Source of the DNA: a virus
Taxonomy: Duplodnaviria; Caudoviricetes
Length of the DNA stretch: 64,000 bases
Virus record (IMG/VR): IMGVR_UViG_2140918008_000001
Coordinates: 3,491 to 67,490 of that record
Reading direction: 5' to 3' (one strand)
Under the pieces are notes generated by a model. The model did not search any database. It was not told where the DNA came from and saw only the letters and a list, made by a program, of their open reading frames with translations. Of the stretch, positions 35,994 through 45,539 are shown one piece after another. The position numbers and the translations under genes are program-made. Position 1 is the first letter of the stretch, and every line of letters begins with the position of its first letter.

Positions 35994-36289
35994 GTACCAA
36001 TTTTTCTCATTACCCAAGTTGACAATCCTCTATTTCCTATAACTTTTATAAATTCCCATCCAGGTGGGGGATCATTCTTCTTAATCCTCTTTCTCCAACA
36101 ATCCACACTTCCACGATTTAGTTTTTCTAAATCTCCCAATGTTAAATCTCCTGATTGTATTTGTGGAAGTGGATGATAATAAGCATCTAATTCTTCAAGT
36201 AACTCTTGTTCTGTAAAATTTAGAGATGGATTTACAGATGATTTATTTGGGGTGGTTGAATTTGATATATTATGTGTTTGATCTGACAT
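35990..36289 (-). CDS. hypothetical protein
   Basis: ORF; start uncertain because of overlap. Confidence 0.45.
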   Translation of the reverse strand: MSDQTHNISNSTTPNKSSVNPSLNFTEQELLEELDAYYHPLPQIQSGDLTLGDLEKLNRGSVDCWRKRIKKNDPPPGWEFIKVIGNRGLSTWVMRKIGT

Positions 36290-37047
36290 TCTTTTTCCTC
36301 ATTTAGATAAATTACTCCTCCTATGTGTGCAATTCGCATCCTATCAATCCTCTCGATATTAGGTGTACGTAATTGCCAAGCAGGAGTAATAACTGCTTTT
36401 ATTGATCCTTTGTAAGAAGGAATTTCTACAGATATATACCGATGTCGATGTGATCTGGTCACAACATCTGGCATTGGCGATCCCCATTGTGCTGCCTCAA
36501 CCAATCCAGCTACTAATTCTCTCATCGGAGCACTTGATTCATAAGTGGCTGAACTCGTTGTTCCTATGTGATGTGCGAATTGGTGAACAACTCCTTCAAT
36601 ATCAATCCATAATTGCCACCAGGATGAACTATCTATTGTTTCATCCTTCACACATCCTAATGCTTTGGCAATTCGTTCAGTAGATTGATTAGATTTCTCA
36701 CAATGTGCTTCTGTTCCCCTTATCATATAAAACTTATATCGATCTGCAATTGGTTTAAATAACTGGATTGCTGCGGCCTCTTGATCTGCTACATTAGGAA
36801 TAAGGTCTACGGCTTGATGATGATTTCCATCAATAATATCGCCATTATGCACCACAATAACTTCATCTGCTCCTTTTGTCACTTTTGGGACATATTCTTT
36901 CCAGAAATGGAGCCATACTTTCCACATTTCTTTTACAAATCGATTTGGTACAAACTGTGCTCCCCCATCAAGTCTAAAACCGTAATCAGGACATAATCCA
37001 CTAAGTGAACCAACATGAGTATCAGCTATACAAATTATCGCCTTCAT
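36232..37047 (-). CDS. calcineurin-like metallophosphoesterase
   Basis: IADTHVG, NGDIIDG, RGTEAH, AHH, SHRH. Confidence 0.8.
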   Translation of the reverse strand: MKAIICIADTHVGSLSGLCPDYGFRLDGGAQFVPNRFVKEMWKVWLHFWKEYVPKVTKGADEVIVVHNGDIIDGNHHQAVDLIPNVADQEAAAIQLFKPIADRYKFYMIRGTEAHCEKSNQSTERIAKALGCVKDETIDSSSWWQLWIDIEGVVHQFAHHIGTTSSATYESSAPMRELVAGLVEAAQWGSPMPDVVTRSHRHRYISVEIPSYKGSIKAVITPAWQLRTPNIERIDRMRIAHIGGVIYLNEEKECQIKHIIYQIQPPQINHL

Positions 37048-37128
37048 TATTCTCCATTAGACATGCTGAATAATTCTGATTTTACAGTTCAATATTTACT
37101 CAATTGTAACATACTTATACGAATATAT

Positions 37129-37281
37129 TTAGCCCGCTAAAAATGCTAAAGCAAAAAAGAATAACCCTAAATCAGTTAGATCAGCCCTACCAGTATTTCC
37201 ACCAAATGCTTTAACTAAGAAACTAACAGCAAAACAAATTACGGCAACCAAAAGTAAAATAAAATTCAATCCGAGTTTCAT
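37129..37281 (-). CDS. 50-aa two-TM membrane protein
   Basis: MKLGLNFILLLVAVICFAVSFLVKAFGGNTGRADLTDLGLFFFALAFLAG*; AAGGAG RBS. Confidence 0.65.
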   Translation of the reverse strand: MKLGLNFILLLVAVICFAVSFLVKAFGGNTGRADLTDLGLFFFALAFLAG

Positions 37282-37291
37282 GTATTTCTCC

Positions 37292-37819
37292 TTATTTAAT
37301 AAACTTTATAAATATTCCTGCGGTTCCAAGTATCCAACCAATAGCGGCCATAACATACCCAATTATAACCGATCCTTGTGTTGCTTTACCTTTTAATTCT
37401 GCTTCAGAAAGAAGCATACTGTCTACAGATAATTTTAATTCTTTGAATGAGTCTTTAGAGACATTATTAAGTCGTATCTCAACCAATAATTCTTCCAACC
37501 TCTCAACTGATTCTTTTCTCGCAAGGTCTTTACGATCATCATCAACAACATCTCGCCATTCGTTAGTATTGTCGAAACGTTTATTTATGGCATCCAAAGC
37601 AACTTTAATAGCCTCTCTATTGGCATTTTCTCGTAATACCGCAGCTTCATTAGCAGACTTATCACGTAATATTGCTGTACTTTCAGAATGAGTAAATCCC
37701 TGAGAAATAAAATCTCTTAAACCATTTACTACTGCTTCAAATTCTCTTCTAGATACAAAATCATCTGCCATATTGGATACCTTTGCTAATTTGGTTGCTT
37801 TGCTGGCTGCGGGAGACAT
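37292..37819 (-). CDS. coiled-coil protein with C-terminal TM helix
   Basis: Heptad-rich, ends VIIGYVMAAIGWILGTAGIFIKF. Confidence 0.6.
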   Translation of the reverse strand: MSPAASKATKLAKVSNMADDFVSRREFEAVVNGLRDFISQGFTHSESTAILRDKSANEAAVLRENANREAIKVALDAINKRFDNTNEWRDVVDDDRKDLARKESVERLEELLVEIRLNNVSKDSFKELKLSVDSMLLSEAELKGKATQGSVIIGYVMAAIGWILGTAGIFIKFIK

Positions 37820-37846
37820 AAGAGTTATGTTTTGTTCCGTATTGAT

Positions 37847-38347
37847 TTATTTACCTAATTCTTCATCAATCATTGCTAAATATGCAGCATCGGTTGATCC
37901 GTGTTGCAGTTCATTAATAATGTCTAAAATCTCTTTTTCACTGTCTACCTGTTCTGTTACAAACCATTGTAAAAAGACACAAGTAGCAATGTCATTTTCA
38001 TCATCAGCCAAAAGATAAAGATCATTTATCCTCTTGGTAGTAGCCTTTTCCAGTTCTAGTGCTGCAATAAATACTGGCATTGGATTAGTATAATCAACTG
38101 CTTCTGGAACAGGAATTTCATCTAAATCAGGAAAATAATTTCTGTCATCTAAATAATCAATGAACTTCTCTGAGTGCATTGTTTCATCATGACTGGATTT
38201 GTTTGCCCATTTCGCCATACCAAACCAGGCCATCTTACGAAACACAATGTCAAGTTGTGCATATACAGAAGCATTTGTTCTCTCTACTGTTATCTGCCCT
38301 GTAATTGCTTCTTGTAAAACTTCTGGTAATAGAGTTGATTCAGCCAT
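37847..38347 (-). CDS. ftn: non-heme ferritin
   Basis: VE..ASVY, DETMH, ELEKATTKRINDLY, FLQWFVTEQVDSE; length 166 aa. Confidence 0.85.
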   Translation of the reverse strand: MAESTLLPEVLQEAITGQITVERTNASVYAQLDIVFRKMAWFGMAKWANKSSHDETMHSEKFIDYLDDRNYFPDLDEIPVPEAVDYTNPMPVFIAALELEKATTKRINDLYLLADDENDIATCVFLQWFVTEQVDSEKEILDIINELQHGSTDAAYLAMIDEELGK

Positions 38348-38367
38348 ATTTTATCCTGAGTTCTGTA

Positions 38368-38399
38368 GGAGGATGGGACTTTTGTATCTCCCATCCTCC
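38368..38399 (-). terminator. hairpin downstream of the major capsid gene
   Basis: GGAGGATGGGA / TCCCATCCTCC 11-bp stem; no U tract, may be a stabiliser or processing site. Confidence 0.5.
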
Positions 38400-38421
38400 A
38401 TATTCCTAACTATTTCCTGAC

Positions 38422-39579
38422 CTAACCGATCAAGGTACAGGTTGTTACACTGGCAGTACCGTAGAAGAAACCTTTGTATACGCCATGTGCGCAGCAATGC
38501 TTGATTACTAACGCAGTCTTAGCCCATACTTCAAAGCTGATCGCAGTACAACCAGGAACCAGATCACGTAACGATAACGGAATCTGAGTTTCCTTGTATA
38601 CCAGCGGTTCACCATTATGGTTCAACCGTAAAGCATACAAATTGGTTTGATACCCAAGAGTAGTCGCAGTCTTAGTAAAATTAATATCAGCCACACATTG
38701 CAGACGGCCAATACCAGTATTTACGAAACTTGCGAAATTGAAACCAGGGATCATCCGATTACCATCCTGGTACATCAAGAGTTGTGACCCCTGGAAACCA
38801 AGTTGGAAATAAGCGGCTAACATTTCTTGAATCGCTTGAGGATGCCCAAAGATATGAGTCGGTTTGGCACAAGATTCCACCAGCCAACGATCAAAGGTAG
38901 TTGCGCTGAATGCTCCACTGGCCGAGTAATCATTACTGTGATATGCACCAGAGCAGGATGCCCGACTGAACCAGGGTTCAATACCATCGAACTGCAAGGC
39001 CGAAGTAGCAATATTACCGGCTACCAGATACTTGTCCCATCCGTTCATAACCAGGGTCATAGCCAAACGAACTTCTTTTTCCTTCAGATCACCAACTGCG
39101 GCACGATAGAAAGTGCCGTTCTGTGCAGCCCCAGGAAGTCCCTCACCAGCAGTCATCGGCCCAACAAGATTGTTGATACCGTTCCAATTGGCCGCTGAGA
39201 TCGCCATAGAGTGCATAATGTCAGAGATCGTCAAGGATTTCTTTGCACCAATGTTCTTCAGAGAAACAGTCGTGTTAGAACCATCATGCGTAAATTCCTC
39301 AGGGCAGGCCCCATCCGTGAAGAATAGGTATGCCGATCCAGAGGTAAACGCCAATGAATTCATTTCACGCCAAGTCTCCTGTTGGAGCATGGTGCGTTTT
39401 TCAGGTAATGCCTGCCACACTGAAATATCCTCACACAAGGCCAGGATTTCAGTAGTGTCAAGCGGAGTAGGAAACTGCCCAGCAAAATCCCCAGGTGTCG
39501 CCACATTAGAAATTGCAGGATCAGATGCCTTTTGAACAAACGGTTGTCCGGTTGTCACATCTAATACAACTTCAGCCAT
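38422..39579 (-). CDS. major capsid protein (HK97-fold expected)
   Basis: About 385 aa after protease/scaffold; FDGI motif; GC-richer codon usage; ATG after GGAGG. Confidence 0.75.
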   Translation of the reverse strand: MAEVVLDVTTGQPFVQKASDPAISNVATPGDFAGQFPTPLDTTEILALCEDISVWQALPEKRTMLQQETWREMNSLAFTSGSAYLFFTDGACPEEFTHDGSNTTVSLKNIGAKKSLTISDIMHSMAISAANWNGINNLVGPMTAGEGLPGAAQNGTFYRAAVGDLKEKEVRLAMTLVMNGWDKYLVAGNIATSALQFDGIEPWFSRASCSGAYHSNDYSASGAFSATTFDRWLVESCAKPTHIFGHPQAIQEMLAAYFQLGFQGSQLLMYQDGNRMIPGFNFASFVNTGIGRLQCVADINFTKTATTLGYQTNLYALRLNHNGEPLVYKETQIPLSLRDLVPGCTAISFEVWAKTALVIKHCCAHGVYKGFFYGTASVTTCTLIG

Positions 39580-39649
39580 TTTATAAACCTCCACTAAAAA
39601 TAATATTCCCCATCCCTGACGCTAAATAGCTTAACCAGAGGTTTATTCT

Positions 39650-41377
39650 TTACCCTAACGTTCTGTTTATGATCTCACGCAATTTGGGAGTTTCAGATTT
39701 AGGGTTTGCAACCTGAGACTGCTGTTGCTGTACCTGGATCGGATTAATGCTTCGGCGTTGCGGGATGCTGGCCGTTACACTTCTCGTTCCTTGTACAGTA
39801 CCCATCTGCTGAGTAATCAACGATACTTGATCGACTAACGGTTGCATTGCATTTGCAACCGCTTTTGTTACTGCATCAGCAATCATGGCCGAAGATTTTG
39901 CTTCGGTTGGAATTGCTGGTTGTGGATAATCTGGCAATTCAGCAATTTTCTTTTTGATGCCTTCTCCAAGTTTGCTGAACGCTTCCTGAATTGATTGTAA
40001 CTTCTGTGGTTTGTCCATCTGTGTATTTGCACAAGCACTGTCAAAAATACTCATCAAATCGTTGATGTAAAATCCAATCGGATGAATAGTCAAAAGTTCA
40101 TTCAACTTAGGATCATCTGTCTGAGTATAACTCTTTTGATAAATACCATTCTCAGGTGCTTTCTGTCCAGTAAGTTGTCGAAGCATGTTCAGAATATCCT
40201 CTGCCCATGAAGGAATAACAGTCTGTTGCTGCTCCTTGACTTTCTTAGCCATGTCCTTTGGCTCATCTCGCTGTGCATCGGGCATTCCAGCAGGATGCAG
40301 TACATCTCCAACAATTCCACCATCTGCATTAAGAGAAATGGATTCAGTTGTAACCTTACCATTACCATCACTGGCCGTAACAATCACAGTTTCAGTTTTT
40401 GGTGCTTCTACAACAGGAACTTCCTCAGATTTAATAACAAGAGCTTCAGACTTTCCCACCATCGTCTTTGACACTGTATCAACTTCCTTTGCTAAATCCT
40501 CACCTACAATACTGGCTGCATCATCCAATTGCGTTTTTATACCGTCCATAGATTTATTGACCTCCGCAAAAATTTCAGTTCTAGAATTAACCGGAACTCT
40601 CGTCAGAGCTTCATGTATGAGAAATCCTGATCGATATTCCTTATCCCCAACATTCGCTAAACACATGGGACAAACATCTGATAAACTCTGCCGTACAAAC
40701 TCTTTGTCTCCATGCACATGTCCCATGTCCAGAAATCCAATACTTAATCGTACCGGAGGCGTTGTCTTATCTGTAGTGTCATACAATGACTTGCAAACGG
40801 CTGTGAAGGCTGCCCTACCTAATGGTGAATCTTCAAAGGTTCCCTTTGCCTTCAACATTTTCCCATCTACATATAAGTCGGTCGTTTTCCCCAAAATCGC
40901 CTTACCATTAAGGTCAGGATAGTGGGCAAGGGACACATAGGGCATCCCACCTTTAAAATAATCCGTTTGATATGGAGCCGGAATTGGATCACCATGCGTT
41001 ATGTGATTAATAAAATCCGTAAATAATTGCAAAGACATTTTCTCATTATAGGTGTCTTTTTGTGTGTCTGATAACGTTCCAGACCACCTTCGTTCACCAC
41101 TTACTTTGTCATAACTGGCTTTAGTAATCTTAATCGCAAAATCTTCCACTAAAGACTTATTAGATGTCCAACTACCATCAGTATCTTTATGAAAATTCTT
41201 GTGAACAACTGCCCAAGCTTCTTTCGCTGCACATTGATCTTTATTCTCTGCATCTTTGCAAGAACCTGTCCATGCACTATTGAATACATCCCTGTACATG
41301 GTCTGTGCAGCATCCGGAAGATTATCTTTTACTCCTGGCGGTAATTCTGAATTATTTGCGTAAGGCATTTTATTCAC
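39650..41377 (-). CDS. ChaB-domain / prohead protease / scaffold fusion
   Basis: N-terminal MPYANNSELP..KDNLP..AQTMYRDVFNSAW (ChaB); SLAH, LSIGF, HEALT..PVN protease-like core; low-complexity C-terminus. Confidence 0.7.
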   Translation of the reverse strand: MNKMPYANNSELPPGVKDNLPDAAQTMYRDVFNSAWTGSCKDAENKDQCAAKEAWAVVHKNFHKDTDGSWTSNKSLVEDFAIKITKASYDKVSGERRWSGTLSDTQKDTYNEKMSLQLFTDFINHITHGDPIPAPYQTDYFKGGMPYVSLAHYPDLNGKAILGKTTDLYVDGKMLKAKGTFEDSPLGRAAFTAVCKSLYDTTDKTTPPVRLSIGFLDMGHVHGDKEFVRQSLSDVCPMCLANVGDKEYRSGFLIHEALTRVPVNSRTEIFAEVNKSMDGIKTQLDDAASIVGEDLAKEVDTVSKTMVGKSEALVIKSEEVPVVEAPKTETVIVTASDGNGKVTTESISLNADGGIVGDVLHPAGMPDAQRDEPKDMAKKVKEQQQTVIPSWAEDILNMLRQLTGQKAPENGIYQKSYTQTDDPKLNELLTIHPIGFYINDLMSIFDSACANTQMDKPQKLQSIQEAFSKLGEGIKKKIAELPDYPQPAIPTEAKSSAMIADAVTKAVANAMQPLVDQVSLITQQMGTVQGTRSVTASIPQRRSINPIQVQQQQSQVANPKSETPKLREIINRTLG

Positions 41378-41684
41378 TTCCCGTTATAACAATATTTCTA
41401 AATAAGGTGTCCCATCCTGCATGTAGTACATAGAAGAAAAATGCTGTAACTACTGCCGAAAGGAACTGGTTTACCACAATTAAGTAAAACTCTGTAAATA
41501 TGTTAATTTGCATTACAATTGCAAGGATGAAGTAGAACCAAAATCCTATGCAAAGGTTACAATCCTGTAATTCTTTTAGAAAGGTGCTTTTCTTACTCAA
41601 CCATCTGGAGTAGGGCGATTTTCTCCAAACAAAGATCAAAACCGCCCCTACTGCCAGATAAACGAACCATTGTTCTAAAATCAT
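41370..41684 (-). CDS. DUF1360-like membrane protein
   Basis: LKELQDCNLCIGFW plus TM helices. Confidence 0.6.
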   Translation of the reverse strand: MILEQWFVYLAVGAVLIFVWRKSPYSRWLSKKSTFLKELQDCNLCIGFWFYFILAIVMQINIFTEFYLIVVNQFLSAVVTAFFFYVLHAGWDTLFRNIVITGSE

Positions 41685-42107
41685 CTACTTCGTAAACACA
41701 TACAGCATTTCAATTGTCTTAGCAACTTCGTTCTTTCCATAACACGTTACATAAAACAACTGCCAACCGGAGGCAATCAATTGATTCAGATAAATCTCAG
41801 TTTCTGACATCGAAACTGCAACCAACTCACTCCGTTCATTATAAGTAGCCATATTTGATAAGGCAATCGTGCGTAAAACCTGTTTCATTTCTTTCATTTT
41901 AGTTTCTTCTCCTTGTAATTGATAATTTCCTAAATTCTCAAACTCAATGACTTTTCGATCATCATTTGATTCTTCTACCGTAGTTTGCCATGTAGTATCA
42001 TCAATAACTGGCTCTGGCTTCTGTTCCGGCTCACTCGGTAATAATTCCGCTGGTAACTGATCCTGTTGATAAGGATTTTTATTTTTTGATCCTGCGGGTC
42101 TACTCAT
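41685..42107 (-). CDS. hypothetical protein
   Basis: MSRPAGSKNK AT-hook-like start. Confidence 0.55.
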   Translation of the reverse strand: MSRPAGSKNKNPYQQDQLPAELLPSEPEQKPEPVIDDTTWQTTVEESNDDRKVIEFENLGNYQLQGEETKMKEMKQVLRTIALSNMATYNERSELVAVSMSETEIYLNQLIASGWQLFYVTCYGKNEVAKTIEMLYVFTK

Positions 42108-42110
42108 ATC

Positions 42111-42368
42111 CTACGCTTTCTCAATCCAATGCCAAGTTCCAGGCTCCTTGCTTTCACTATACACAATCTCTTGATGAAATTGAAGCCCAAAGTTTTTAAT
42201 GCCATTGACATTCCGCATATTAGTGAATACTGCCAAATCAGCCGTTACTGGATCAACTTGTACATCCTCAACTTTAGGGGGGATTTCATATCCAATAACA
42301 ATAGAAGCCAAATGACGATTGTTGTAAGCAACGTAATGAACCATTCTTCCTTCAGTCAAACCATCCAT
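42111..42368 (-). CDS. hypothetical protein
   Basis: TEGRMVHYV...EPGTWHW, a small-protein pattern common in phages. Confidence 0.6.
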   Translation of the reverse strand: MDGLTEGRMVHYVAYNNRHLASIVIGYEIPPKVEDVQVDPVTADLAVFTNMRNVNGIKNFGLQFHQEIVYSESKEPGTWHWIEKA

Positions 42369-42381
42369 CTTATTCTCCTTT

Positions 42382-44787
42382 TTAATCTCCTAACCATAAC
42401 TTGAAATTACCCTGATTATAAAGATCAGCCAATTCTGCTTTGTCAAAGATTAATCCACAATGCTCAACTTTTGGATGAGCCGGTGGCGCTTCTATCTCTT
42501 CATCAGGAAATACACTTCTATATTTGAAATCAACGGGGACAAAACCTTGTGCTTGATTGTCTAAACAAGTTGGGCATGGATCGTCCCCATAACATTGCCA
42601 TGCCTTCGTCTTTAGACCTGACCTCTTATACTCTTCTTGTACCGCTAATTTGTCAATCCTGTTCGTCTCATCATCTGCAATTACTTCTGCTCTACGATCA
42701 ACGAGACTTTCTAATTCTAACAACGATAACTGAACAATAGTTCTAACAACTCTATTATCCTTCAAAATCGTCTCTATGTCAATACCTTGCTTCACCTGCT
42801 CACTATAAGGAGGCTTTGACATTGTGTCACGAATAGACGACATAATAATTCTACGAATATAATAGGCCGTTCCATCGTTGATTTGTCCGGCCATTGCTCC
42901 AACCAATATCTGAAGTTTCTTCTGTACATCATCATTCGTTAATGAAACGAACTGTTGCGGAGGAGTCGGTTCATCCGTGAGGCCATCTGCATATAAAGCA
43001 CCCTGAAGATCAATCGCTGTATCTTGCACAGAACGGCTAAATTCCTCCATAACCAACGGCAAAAGTTTACTAGTAATGTCATCATCTGAAATTACCTGCC
43101 ACCATTTCTTTTGCTTGTCTAGATCAGTTTGAAGTTTATTTTCTACATCTGAATTGGCTTTTTGAATTAGAATAAGACTATTTGGATCAATATCTAATTC
43201 ATCAATGTCATCATCAAATAAGATTTTATCCTGGGTTGAATTCCAAAGTTCCATTTCAAGATCATCTAAATCTGCGGATTTCTTAATGCCAGGATACATT
43301 GCTTTAAGAGCAATCTTTACTAATCTGCTCATGCGGACATCAGTTGCAGCATGAGGAAGTTTTTCAAGTAGTGCTTTAATCGTTCCCTTGAATTTACTCT
43401 TCCCTACCATTGATTTTGAATTTGCTGTTCGAGCAGACGAACCAATATCTCCCTGCCCACCTTGACTTACTGGAACATTCTGTGTACCAACCTGCTTACT
43501 TCCACTTTCCTTGAAACCTGGTGTCGTTTGTAAAGGAACAGCATCTGGTGGAATTGATTCAGGAATAGGAACCGTAAACATCCCATCTGCAATTGATTGA
43601 AGTCGTACTTCTCCTGGAGAAATGTATCCATCAGTCAACATTGTATGAAATGCAGTTGAAGTTGCTAATCTGGCACGACCTGTCGCAATACTTTGTTCCT
43701 CATCGGTATCAACATATCGAAAAACTAGATAAGTTGGAAGTAAAGCGTCAAAAAATTCCTTGAACTTACGTTTAGCTACAGCTTTACCAGTCTGTTTAGT
43801 TTTTCGTTCATTTCGTACTGCACCAGATAAGGAATCTCCTCCACCACCAGCATTATGTTCCAAACCAATATCTGACAAGGTAATTCCATAAGCACTTGCA
43901 CAGATCGCTGCATATTTCAAAGAAATCCTGTCAAACATAACATCATTTGGACTATTTCCAAACTTTACAAAGTCTACCTTTGTGTTATGTTCATACAAAA
44001 CAGGAATTTTGAAAGCATCGATCCCATTCATCAAGTTCTTGAAACTATTAATCCATGCTAAAGCTGATTGCTTCTCCATATCTCCAAGATCAAGAATACC
44101 GGCTGGAGGCGTATCAAGCAAAAGATTAGCATAATATTGATCTCCCCGACTTAGCATTTCAATTGCTAAATAAATCTTCTCAGGCGGGGCCATGCCCCAA
44201 CCTTTTCGTAAGATTTCTGTTCTTGGAGATAAACGAACTCGATTAATTGAATGGGCGGGGAAAAATACAGGGCCAAAAGATAAGCCTTCCCATAATCTCT
44301 GCATCACCGGCCACTCTTCGTTCAACGTTGGAAATAACGTTGTTCCATCAAGAGGTTCTAGCCAGAGAACTTTCCCATTCGGGCTATCATCTTGCCGACC
44401 AATCTCAACCCCCGATCCAAACGGCAACTCATACAAATCTTGAGTTATCCATTCTACAAGATCAGTATAAGAAATTCCAAAATCTTTGAAAAGACCTTTG
44501 GTGTAATACGTGATGTCATCTTCGTATTGCTTTCGTTTCTCACTATCTCTGGTAATAATCTGCCAATCCATTGAAAGTAGCGTGTCACAGATAAAGTTTT
44601 CACAAATTACCAGAATTGGTTGAGATCGTACAATATTACGCCAAAGTCTGCCATCTAACCACTGTGGCACTCCCCAATAAGGAACATACCGACTAAAATA
44701 CGGCTCGATTTGAGAATATTGATCTTCATGTACCGTCTGAACTACGGCCACTGGCTGTACTGGCGGGATATTGATTGAGTTAAGCAC
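42382..44787 (-). CDS. portal protein fused to MuF-like minor head domain
   Basis: LEPLDGTT, GWGMAPPE, PPAGIL portal-like N-terminal part; C-terminal KAW..DDPCPTC..N...PPAHP..C MuF motif. Confidence 0.8.
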   Translation of the reverse strand: MLNSINIPPVQPVAVVQTVHEDQYSQIEPYFSRYVPYWGVPQWLDGRLWRNIVRSQPILVICENFICDTLLSMDWQIITRDSEKRKQYEDDITYYTKGLFKDFGISYTDLVEWITQDLYELPFGSGVEIGRQDDSPNGKVLWLEPLDGTTLFPTLNEEWPVMQRLWEGLSFGPVFFPAHSINRVRLSPRTEILRKGWGMAPPEKIYLAIEMLSRGDQYYANLLLDTPPAGILDLGDMEKQSALAWINSFKNLMNGIDAFKIPVLYEHNTKVDFVKFGNSPNDVMFDRISLKYAAICASAYGITLSDIGLEHNAGGGGDSLSGAVRNERKTKQTGKAVAKRKFKEFFDALLPTYLVFRYVDTDEEQSIATGRARLATSTAFHTMLTDGYISPGEVRLQSIADGMFTVPIPESIPPDAVPLQTTPGFKESGSKQVGTQNVPVSQGGQGDIGSSARTANSKSMVGKSKFKGTIKALLEKLPHAATDVRMSRLVKIALKAMYPGIKKSADLDDLEMELWNSTQDKILFDDDIDELDIDPNSLILIQKANSDVENKLQTDLDKQKKWWQVISDDDITSKLLPLVMEEFSRSVQDTAIDLQGALYADGLTDEPTPPQQFVSLTNDDVQKKLQILVGAMAGQINDGTAYYIRRIIMSSIRDTMSKPPYSEQVKQGIDIETILKDNRVVRTIVQLSLLELESLVDRRAEVIADDETNRIDKLAVQEEYKRSGLKTKAWQCYGDDPCPTCLDNQAQGFVPVDFKYRSVFPDEEIEAPPAHPKVEHCGLIFDKAELADLYNQGNFKLWLGD

Positions 44788-44825
44788 TAATCTCCCTCAC
44801 TGAACAATAAGAACTTCACAAGTAC

Positions 44826-44862
44826 ATTATAGCACATATATTCGGAATTGACACAGTGTCAA
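44826..44862 (-). promoter_or_regulatory. extended -10 promoter for the head operon, preceded by the 15-bp palindrome
   Basis: Minus strand: TTGACACTGTGTCAA-TTCCGAATATATGTGCTATAAT. Confidence 0.7.
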
Positions 44863-45533
44863 CCTTCCTGATACCACATTGTCTCCATTGTTCTATGTGC
44901 TACACCATCCAGTCTAATAAGATTTATTGAATCTATCCAAGTGTCACTAGAATTTCCACACACAATAACCTGACCTTTACGAGATTTACTCCACAAAGCC
45001 AATTTTGAATAATCAATCAATTTATTATTGAACTTATACTGATCTCCACCTTTTTGATATGGGGGGTCAATAAACCAAGTTGCAGATATGTTATCAATAC
45101 AATTATATTCCCCCAAAATAAATTTCCAGTGTTTTATTTTATATAAACTATCAGCGATTTCATTCTTTTTATATTCCTGAGAATGGGGACGTAAAGTTGT
45201 TCGCCATCGTGAAGCATGTTTTCTAGGTGAACTTACTCCAGCGGCAATTATAAAACCAATCAACCACTTTGCCTCATCACAATCCCAATGATACTCATCA
45301 ATACTTTTTCCTAATTCAATTTGAGGCAAAGACAGAATATCTTGCTTTGAACATTGTTGTAACCACTTCCAAAGACGAATAATAACCGCATATTTATCAA
45401 TTAAAATAACATTACGATCATAATATTTCAAACTATACTGTGCAGCACCAGCAAAAGGTTCAATAATTGTGTCCTGAAGGGGAACAGGATATTTTCCAAC
45501 AATTTTCAATTTTGTTCCATAATATGACCACAT
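44859..45533 (-). CDS. DNA adenine methyltransferase (Dam/D12-class-like)
   Basis: YYGTK, EPFAGAA, FIDPPY. Confidence 0.85.
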   Translation of the reverse strand: MWSYYGTKLKIVGKYPVPLQDTIIEPFAGAAQYSLKYYDRNVILIDKYAVIIRLWKWLQQCSKQDILSLPQIELGKSIDEYHWDCDEAKWLIGFIIAAGVSSPRKHASRWRTTLRPHSQEYKKNEIADSLYKIKHWKFILGEYNCIDNISATWFIDPPYQKGGDQYKFNNKLIDYSKLALWSKSRKGQVIVCGNSSDTWIDSINLIRLDGVAHRTMETMWYQEG

Positions 45534-45539
45534 CTTATT

